A stretch of DNA of 64,000 nt from Treponemataceae bacterium. Lineage in GTDB: Bacteria > Spirochaetota > Spirochaetia > Treponematales > Rectinemataceae. Shown here in pieces: positions 57,311 through 64,000 of the stretch. The notes beneath the pieces are model-generated. The model saw only the letters and a program-made list of their open reading frames with translations, did not search any database and was not told where the DNA came from. Each line of letters opens with the position of its first letter. Positions within the stretch are counted from its first letter, which is position 1. The translations under genes and the position numbers were made by a program. Location of the stretch: positions 768,001 through 832,000 of the forward strand of contig CAXXHO010000005.1 of the NCBI GenBank assembly GCA_963667725.2, in the 5' to 3' direction.

Positions 57311-58339
57311 GTGGAAGAAAAGCAGGACAAGAACGTTACTATCCTTGATGTTGCGCACATGGCGGGTGTATCTCCTTCCACAGTAACACATACCCTAAAC
57401 GGAAAAAGACCAGTTGGCGAAAAAACCCGGGATCGGGTGATGAAAGCCATCACGGCGCTGAACTATATTCCATCATCAAACGCTCAGAGTCTTCGCGGCG
57501 GCAAATCGAGGATTATTGGTTGCCTTGCCATGGATATCACCGAGACCTTCGTCAATCAAATCGTGCGGGGAGTTGAGCGAGGCCTGTCGGGGAGTGGACT
57601 TTCCCTGCTCTTCGTTTCCAGAGTGGAATTCGGCAATGATTATGAAGCAGCTTATGCCTTTCTCAAGGGTCATTCCATCGATGGTCTGCTTTTATGCCAT
57701 CATCTTCCTCTGGGGCCGGTCCTGTATCCCGCTGTTGCCCGAAACCAAGTTCCTACCGCATCGGTGAACATGGAGATCCCTGGGGTGATTTCGGTCATTC
57801 CGGACAACTACCAGGGTGGTTTCCATGCGGCGGAACACTTATATGCTTCGGGGATGCGCCATCCGGCTATGATCTGCGGTCCGGCGAATCGACTATCCGT
57901 CCAAGACCGATTGAGAGGATTTCGTTCCCGTCTCAAGGATCTTGGTTTGGAGCTCGAGGAGCGCAATATCCTGTTCGGCGAGTATGACTTCGATAATGGG
58001 TACGAATCATCGCAAAAGCTCATGGATTCCCGCAAGGAAATCGATGGCATATTCTGTGCCAACGATTACATAGCCGCAGGCACTATAGCCCGGCTGATTG
58101 AGATGGGCATCGCAATACCTGACCAGGTACGCGTTCTTGGATTCGACAACCGTGACTTTTCGGCCTTCAAGCCCATTCCGATCAGCACCTTTGAGCAACC
58201 TTTACAGGAGATGGGGTTTATGGCGATCAGCTTGCTCCGTAATGTAATCGACACTGGCGGACAGCAAAGCAACTCATCGAAACATGTGCTGCAATCGAGA
58301 CTTATCCCACGGGCAAGTACGATGAAATTAATAGTATGA
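57311..58339 (+). CDS. LacI family transcriptional regulator
   Basis: TILDVAHMAGVSPSTV HTH, DNYQGG, CANDYIA, IPDQVRVLGFD, LIPRAST. Confidence 0.94.
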   Translation: MEEKQDKNVTILDVAHMAGVSPSTVTHTLNGKRPVGEKTRDRVMKAITALNYIPSSNAQSLRGGKSRIIGCLAMDITETFVNQIVRGVERGLSGSGLSLLFVSRVEFGNDYEAAYAFLKGHSIDGLLLCHHLPLGPVLYPAVARNQVPTASVNMEIPGVISVIPDNYQGGFHAAEHLYASGMRHPAMICGPANRLSVQDRLRGFRSRLKDLGLELEERNILFGEYDFDNGYESSQKLMDSRKEIDGIFCANDYIAAGTIARLIEMGIAIPDQVRVLGFDNRDFSAFKPIPISTFEQPLQEMGFMAISLLRNVIDTGGQQSNSSKHVLQSRLIPRASTMKLIV

Positions 58340-58630
58340 ACCCACACGCCAATACAAAAGAATCAAATCCACAATGATATTGTACAGTGCTCTGTAAACG
58401 CCATCCATTGTATCTGTAACTCTCTAGGAAAGGATCTTTCTGGAATACAGCTCAATGATCGTTACCAGATAAACATGGCCGCTCGAACTCTTGAAATAGA
58501 TTTTATCCGAAGCCCAGAATGGGGTTGACAGCCATATCGCCTTCCCTCTGGCTCGTCTTCAACCTGACACTCGTGGGCACCCTGCCCATGCTCTGGATGC
58601 TGCGCTGAGGGAAGAACGGCCCGCCGCAGA

Positions 58631-59803
58631 TTATTCCAGCGCCACCCTGTCCTTCGCCAGCGCCGAGGGATCGGCGAAAAAAGCGCCCACGCCTTTGTCC
58701 GTCAGTTCCGTGTAGGAAGGCAGCCCGTCGAGGGCTATCGGCTTCTCGGGGTACATCATGCCCCAGACCTCGAGCACCTTCTCGATGGTTGTCACATGCC
58801 TGCCGACCCTCACCTCGATGGGCCAGCCCTTTTCGTCAATCGGCCAGTAGAGGAGGCCGGCCTTTCCGGCCTTGAGGACGAAATCGTCCTGGCCCGTGAG
58901 GAGGAGCTTCTCGTTCGTGGCTCCCCTGACGCGGTCGAGGAAGGGTTCGGGGGATTCGAAGAGGAGGGCTGTCGCGTCGGAGAAATCGCCGATCTCGCGG
59001 TGCGTGAGCCCGTGGAGGGATCTCGGCGACACCTCCATGCCGATCCTGAACTCGTTTGCGGAAAGCTCCATCGAAGCCATCGCCGCGATCTCCTGGGCAT
59101 CCTGGTGCGCCACGATGGTGCCGATGACGGGGTATTCGAGCTCGGCCTCGTGGAGGTCGATGACGAGATCCACCTTCTCCTTCCGTATCATCTCCATGAA
59201 GGCGAAGGCTGTCCGCTCGCAGATAAGGCCATTTGGCCTACCCGGCCAGGTCCTGTTGATGTTGCGGATATCCATGTAGGCCAGCATCTGGCCGCTGGGG
59301 AAATGCACATAGGTTTCGGGATCGGGCCAGGAGTCCAGGGGATTGGCCGAACGGTCGCCCATCCGGTATTTCTTCTGACCCCAGTCCGTCTTGATCGAGT
59401 AGAACTGCGGATAAGCCTCGCCCGGCCTCGTGACCGTGGAAGCGCTGCGGTTCGTGTGGATGGCGACCATGAGCCTGCCGCTCAAAGGTCTGGCGTTCTC
59501 CACCAGGAGTTCGGCGGCGAGGGTGGTGGCAGGCTCCTCGGGGTGGGTTCCCCCGAGCACGAGAATCGTCGAGCCGGGCACGCCCGAATCGAGGACGTAG
59601 ACGTTGCAGTCGTTCATCGAACCCGCGAGCGGGGCGAACCATTCGTGCAGCGATCGCGTCGAGGTGACGCCCGGGCCCAAAACCACTGTTTCCTTCCAGT
59701 TCCGGTGGTCGTAGAAAGCCTTCCCCGCGAAAACCATCACCGCGAGCCAGAGTACCAGCGCCAGGCCCTTGAATATCGTCGCGCTTTTTTCATCATCTTT
59801 CAT
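58631..59803 (-). CDS. Succinylglutamate desuccinylase/aspartoacylase (M14-like) family protein with N-terminal TM anchor
   Basis: GGTHPEE (HxxE), NINRTWPG, DLHE, late Glu in FESP; N-terminal hydrophobic helix. Confidence 0.85.
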   Translation of the reverse strand: MKDDEKSATIFKGLALVLWLAVMVFAGKAFYDHRNWKETVVLGPGVTSTRSLHEWFAPLAGSMNDCNVYVLDSGVPGSTILVLGGTHPEEPATTLAAELLVENARPLSGRLMVAIHTNRSASTVTRPGEAYPQFYSIKTDWGQKKYRMGDRSANPLDSWPDPETYVHFPSGQMLAYMDIRNINRTWPGRPNGLICERTAFAFMEMIRKEKVDLVIDLHEAELEYPVIGTIVAHQDAQEIAAMASMELSANEFRIGMEVSPRSLHGLTHREIGDFSDATALLFESPEPFLDRVRGATNEKLLLTGQDDFVLKAGKAGLLYWPIDEKGWPIEVRVGRHVTTIEKVLEVWGMMYPEKPIALDGLPSYTELTDKGVGAFFADPSALAKDRVALE

Positions 59804-59821
59804 TGTATTCCCTCCGCGCCG

Positions 59822-59977
59822 TCATTTGAGCCTGATGAGTCGCATGACGAAGGGCATCAGCACGACCAGGTAAAGGAGCGCTTTCTGCAGGTTCTTTGTC
59901 CTGACGAAATTCCACGCGAGGCAGACCGCGAAAAAGGCCGTCATCGCGTAGTACAGAATCATCACCGCATCGTTCAT
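59822..59977 (-). CDS. 51-aa two-TM membrane microprotein (not in ORF track)
   Basis: MNDAVMILYYAMTAFFAVCLAWNFVRTKNLQKALLYLVVLMPFVMRLIRLK*; SD GGAGG upstream; fills the gap between co-oriented genes; GC-rich third codon positions. Confidence 0.8.
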   Translation of the reverse strand: MNDAVMILYYAMTAFFAVCLAWNFVRTKNLQKALLYLVVLMPFVMRLIRLK

Positions 59978-59989
59978 GGCATTCCCTCC

Positions 59990-61279
59990 TCAACCCAGAA
60001 CCGTGAGGAACTTGAGCTGGTTGCTGAAAATGACGACCAGGGTGGCAAGTGCCATTATGAAGAGCACGGGGACGATCGTCGCCTTGACGAAACCGCGGTA
60101 GTACGGCCCCTCGTAGGAAGTGACCATCACCGCCGCGCGGCCCACGACCAGGGTGGGCGGAAGCATGTCGCCTATCGGCCACATCACCGCCATCGCGGAG
60201 AGGGCGACGACGGGATTGATGCCCTTCATATTGAAAAGGAGGATGAGGGGGACGCCCAGAAGCGGCGCCGCTGCGTACTGCACCAGCCCCTCGGAGAAGG
60301 GCAGGATAAGGAAAAGAGCCGCTATGATGACGACGAGGGGAAGCGTGACAACGCTGAGCGAGATAAGCCCCCTGACCCCGCTCAGGCTCATCACCTGCAC
60401 CAGGATTCCGACCACGATCATCATGCCTATCAGCGGCAGGAGCTTGTCCACCGTATCCCGCGCGATCTGGAAGACCGCGAGCTTTTTCGTGCTCGCGGCC
60501 ACGGCGACGGCGCCGGAAATCATGAAGCAGAGGGGAAGCCCCAGGATCGGGAAGGAGTAGGGGAATATTCTCGAAAGCGCGATGAGGACGATGAGAACGG
60601 CGAAGGGCAGCCCCACCCTCCAGCCCCGCATCTTCGTATCGATCTTGATTTCGGCGAGAACCTTTTCGGCATCGATCGGCCTGCCTTTCCAGCCCAGCCA
60701 GAACATGCTGAAGAGGGCGCCGGCGATCGACAGGGCTCCGAGGGGCCCTATGAAACCGACATAGGGCATGTTCGAGCCAGCGGCCGCCATCATGGCCCAG
60801 AGGTTCACCGGCGGCGCGGCCGCGCTCATCGCGGCGCAGAGAAATACTATCGCGGTGACCTTCTGTTTCGGGATGCCCATTTCGGCGAGGACCTTCGAGG
60901 CGAGGGCTCCGACCACCAGGACCGTCACCGAGCCGGAGCCCGTGAGGGCGCCCGGGATGAGGAGGATGAAGGTGAGGAAAAGGAGGCAGAGAAAGCGGCT
61001 GGCGTGAAAGCGCTTCACGATGCCACCGACGATGAAGTCGACGCCGCCTGATTCCTTGACGATGTTCATGAAAAAGGTCGCGCTGAGAAAGATGAGCGTG
61101 ACGTCGAAATAAGTGAAGGAGCCGTCCACGATGTGCCGGGCGGAGAAATCGGAGGCGTTCGCGAGCCCTCCGCCTATGGCCGCCAGCAGCATCGACAGCT
61201 CGACCGTCACCTTGAATCGGCTCGCCACGATGAAGATGAGGACCATGACCCCCAGGACGATCAACGCGTGGTTAAGCAT
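59990..61279 (-). CDS. IT-superfamily transporter (TRAP DctM-like large permease)
   Basis: About 12 TM; PGALTGSG, AAAPPVN and MLPPT hairpin motifs; SD GGAGG. Confidence 0.82.
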   Translation of the reverse strand: MLNHALIVLGVMVLIFIVASRFKVTVELSMLLAAIGGGLANASDFSARHIVDGSFTYFDVTLIFLSATFFMNIVKESGGVDFIVGGIVKRFHASRFLCLLFLTFILLIPGALTGSGSVTVLVVGALASKVLAEMGIPKQKVTAIVFLCAAMSAAAPPVNLWAMMAAAGSNMPYVGFIGPLGALSIAGALFSMFWLGWKGRPIDAEKVLAEIKIDTKMRGWRVGLPFAVLIVLIALSRIFPYSFPILGLPLCFMISGAVAVAASTKKLAVFQIARDTVDKLLPLIGMMIVVGILVQVMSLSGVRGLISLSVVTLPLVVIIAALFLILPFSEGLVQYAAAPLLGVPLILLFNMKGINPVVALSAMAVMWPIGDMLPPTLVVGRAAVMVTSYEGPYYRGFVKATIVPVLFIMALATLVVIFSNQLKFLTVLG

Positions 61280-61324
61280 CGGAGCCTCCTTGAGCGCGAA
61301 ATCGCAGGCTTGTCCGAGCCGCCG

Positions 61325-61915
61325 TCATTTGGAGAAAATCTGCGGGAAAATCTTCAAAAGGTCCAGCTGCTGGTCGATGAAGATCTGCGGCAGCTTCTTG
61401 TCAGCCGCCGTCTTCGTGAAGTAACCGTCCTTGTTGGCCTGGTTGTGGGTGACGAGAACATCGGCGAGCGGCGTCATCGCTCGGATGGACTGCTCGTCGG
61501 ATTCATCGACCCGCCTCGAGGCTCCCTCTATCTGGGCCACGATTACCTTTACGCCGGCACTCTTCGCTTTTTTCACGAGGTCGGTACAGCGCTTGATTTC
61601 CTCGCTCAGCTCGACGCCCGCCGATCCCATTCCCTTGAGGCTCGTTCCCGTTATCACGATGAGAGTCTTGTAGGGTTTCGCGCCAAGCTCTTCCGACGTC
61701 GCCAAATCCTCCAGATCAGCCTCCAGCTTGAGCTGGCGGCAGATGACTTTCACGTAGACCCCGCCCGGGCTCTGTCCGCATGCGGTGATCAGGATCGGAG
61801 CCTTCAATTCGGGCAGATTCTTGGGAATCGCGGCCTGGGCTCCTACCGCGGCGCCGCAGATCAGCCCGAACATGATGAGAGCGGACGCGAGGAAAGCGAA
61901 ACGAGTAGTGCGCAT
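61325..61915 (-). CDS. Exported DUF6305-like protein
   Basis: Signal peptide; PILITACGQSPG, YKTLIVITGTSLKGMGSAG, IEG..RR, NKDGYF motifs recalled from DUF6305; SD AGGAGG. Confidence 0.7.
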   Translation of the reverse strand: MRTTRFAFLASALIMFGLICGAAVGAQAAIPKNLPELKAPILITACGQSPGGVYVKVICRQLKLEADLEDLATSEELGAKPYKTLIVITGTSLKGMGSAGVELSEEIKRCTDLVKKAKSAGVKVIVAQIEGASRRVDESDEQSIRAMTPLADVLVTHNQANKDGYFTKTAADKKLPQIFIDQQLDLLKIFPQIFSK

Positions 61916-62040
61916 ATGGTGAGTGACCTCCTGTCAGCGCCCGGGAAGGGTGACATTCACGTCGCCCCCTCCCGAACGAATGTGGCCGGGGATCGGGCGG
62001 AACCGCCTCCAGGCAGTCCCGCCGGATCCAGAACAGCCGC

Positions 62041-63702
62041 CTATTTCTCGTCTGGATAGATGATGTTCTTGTACTTGTCGAATTTGGCCGATTCGCCGTA
62101 CTTCACGGCCGCCAGCCACTCGTCGGGATAGCCCTTCGTCTTGTACCAGAGATAGCCGTCGTTGTACTTCGCCACAAGCTCATCGGCGAAGGCCCACCAC
62201 TCGCTCACGACGCGGTTGATCGAATCGCCCGTATAGCGCGTGAGATAGGCTTTCGCGAGGGCCGGATTGGTCGCGTACATCGCCGCGGCGGCGGCCTCGA
62301 CGGGACCCTGCATGGCCAGGAATTCGCCCTCATAGAGCGCCTGTTTGGCCTGGATGTCCTTGATGATGTAGGAATAGGAAAGGTTGGCCCAGTTTTCCAC
62401 GAAGTCGAAAGCCCACCACGCCGAATCGCGGCTGAACTGGTAGCGGTTCTGTATGGCCAGGGATTTGGGAAGCGAGGTCACGCCGGCGTAGATCGGCATG
62501 AACACCGTCGCGTGGGGAGCATCCTCCCCGAACCACAGCACGCCGCCGACGGCGTCCGGCAGCCAGGCGCGGGACTGGGACACGAACACATAGGAGCAGC
62601 GGAACATGGAAATCGCGCGTTCCCATCCGCCCGAGTTCGGCGCGGATTTGGTCGCCCAGCGGTTCGGGTTCCCGAAGGGGCCGGCCTCGACGTCCTTGGT
62701 GAGGTCGAACTGCGTGCCTTCGTAGTGGTCGCGGTAGAGGGCGAAGGCGTCCTTGACGCTGACTTTCTTGTCGGGGGTCACGGCGAAGGGGAATCGCCTG
62801 GCGAAAGGATCGAAGTTCTTGGAGGGCGCTACCGTCGAATAGACGCGCCACTCGCGCCTCGAGTTGTAGGGATTGTCCTTCGGCGCGTAGACTTCCCAGA
62901 AGCGGAAAGTGGATTTGCCGTCCCAAAAACCCATTTCCTGGGCCAGGCTGTAGACGTTCGGGGAAGCCATGTACCAGTCGGGCTTGGAGAGATCGAGCTC
63001 GCCGATGCGCGAGCGGTTCGCGGAGACGAATACCTTGTCGTCCGGAACGCGCTGGGCTACCCACACGGCTCCCGGCTTCCCGGAATCCGGGGTCCAGAGC
63101 GGTCCTGAGCCGATGCACTCGAATACCCAGCCTTCGTTCTCGTCGGTCACTGTCAGGCATTCGCCGCCGTCGGCATAGCCGTACTTCTCGGCGAGGGCGC
63201 CCATGATCTGCACCACTTCCCGCGCCGTCTTGCCGCGCTGGAGGGCGATCGCCTCGAGCTGTTCTATGTAGAACATCCCGTTGGGGTTGTTCATTTCCCT
63301 GCGGTTGCCGATGGTGGTTTCGCCGATCATGACCTGGAACTCGTTCATGAAGGGATAGGCGATCTGGAAATAGGTGTAGGTTTTCTCGACCTGGGGAATC
63401 TCGCCCCTGACCGTCACCTTGACGCTCGGGTTGTCCGAATAGAGCAGATCCTTCAGGATCTTGACCGTCTCGCCGGGCTTGAAGGTGGCTCCGGGAATGA
63501 CGGTAAGGCGGGAATCGTAGTTGCCGTCGCAGGTGTGCGAGGTCATCACCGATCCGTCGGCGGAGGCCAACTTGCCGATGATGAGCGCCGTGCATTCGCC
63601 CGGTTCAAGATCAGGCGAAGCGTACTGGGAAAAATCCTGGGCGCCGGCGAACAAAGCCGCGAATACCAGGACAGCCGCCAAGAGCGCTGTTTTCTTCAAC
63701 AT
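62041..63702 (-). CDS. C69 family peptidase (Ntn cysteine dipeptidase/secernin-like), exported
   Basis: Signal peptide then CTALIIGK.ASADGS, MNEFQVMIGETT, TAREVV, SANR, WERAIS; start at ATG 63702. Confidence 0.9.
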   Translation of the reverse strand: MLKKTALLAAVLVFAALFAGAQDFSQYASPDLEPGECTALIIGKLASADGSVMTSHTCDGNYDSRLTVIPGATFKPGETVKILKDLLYSDNPSVKVTVRGEIPQVEKTYTYFQIAYPFMNEFQVMIGETTIGNRREMNNPNGMFYIEQLEAIALQRGKTAREVVQIMGALAEKYGYADGGECLTVTDENEGWVFECIGSGPLWTPDSGKPGAVWVAQRVPDDKVFVSANRSRIGELDLSKPDWYMASPNVYSLAQEMGFWDGKSTFRFWEVYAPKDNPYNSRREWRVYSTVAPSKNFDPFARRFPFAVTPDKKVSVKDAFALYRDHYEGTQFDLTKDVEAGPFGNPNRWATKSAPNSGGWERAISMFRCSYVFVSQSRAWLPDAVGGVLWFGEDAPHATVFMPIYAGVTSLPKSLAIQNRYQFSRDSAWWAFDFVENWANLSYSYIIKDIQAKQALYEGEFLAMQGPVEAAAAAMYATNPALAKAYLTRYTGDSINRVVSEWWAFADELVAKYNDGYLWYKTKGYPDEWLAAVKYGESAKFDKYKNIIYPDEK

Positions 63703-63841
63703 AGCAAATCCCCCTTTTCTTTCAATGTGCGTCTGCACTTCGAACTACGGCATTTAGCATGCGCCCCGCCATGGATTCAAAAATTTCAGGCGGAGAAGAT
63801 AGAACGATCCAATCCAAATCAATTCTTTTTTATTTTATTCA

Positions 63842-63869
63842 ATCTTAGTGCCTGCGTTCGCGCTGTCAA
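63842..63869 (-). promoter_or_regulatory. Putative sigma70 promoter of the C69 operon
   Basis: Minus strand TTGACA-N16-TAAGAT in an AT-rich region. Confidence 0.5.
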
Positions 63870-64000
63870 GGAATATATGACCATGTTTGAAATGTTATTT
63901 TTTGGATTTTTGCCGAGGTTTCACCGCGCTCGCATCGATCGCTTTTTTATAGCACGGAAAGCAAGCAAGACCGGCGGCGAGGCCTTGAAGGCGACCACTG

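Noticed and set aside
58340..58528. Open frame continuing after the LacI TGA stop (readthrough or selenocysteine idea)
   Set aside because: LacI is complete before the stop; the extension has no motif and no SECIS-like hairpin.
1..64000. CRISPR array, integrase, transposase, prophage or defence genes
   Set aside because: No regularly spaced repeats or recognisable recombinase, phage or defence motifs were seen.

Overview
64 kb of a GC-rich bacterial chromosome, most likely a free-living spirochaete (inferred from gene content and protein style, not from a marker gene). Left to right: (1) 3' end of an ECF sigma factor, a zinc-finger anti-sigma fused to a CBM48/AMPK-type glycogen-binding domain, a secreted protein and a DEAD-box helicase. 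(2) An 8-ORF minus-strand surface-polysaccharide operon (WbaP-type priming transferase, DUF6675-like protein, Wzx::GT4 fusion, GT4, two outer-membrane barrel candidates, GT2, Wzy::Wzz-like fusion). (3) An RpiR-led peptide operon (DppA D-aminopeptidase, Opp ABC, M42, variant M19) with two AT-rich hairpin repeats flanking the M19 gene. (4) A FadR-regulated Mgl-like ABC plus dehydrogenase/lactonase locus that looks adapted to a sugar acid. (5) tex, a macro-domain gene, a second Wzi-like gene and a CHASE3 kinase/receiver/HD-GYP module. (6) A candidate flavinylated lipoprotein, then tRNA-Gly(CCC) with a 48-bp duplicated 3' end (att-like scar). (7) An AT-richer GH31 sugar-utilisation island. (8) A C69 peptidase / DUF6305 / DctM-like / 51-aa microprotein / M14 deacylase operon of unknown function. 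No integrase, transposase, CRISPR array or rRNA was seen. All family calls are by-eye motif recognition; no database search was run.
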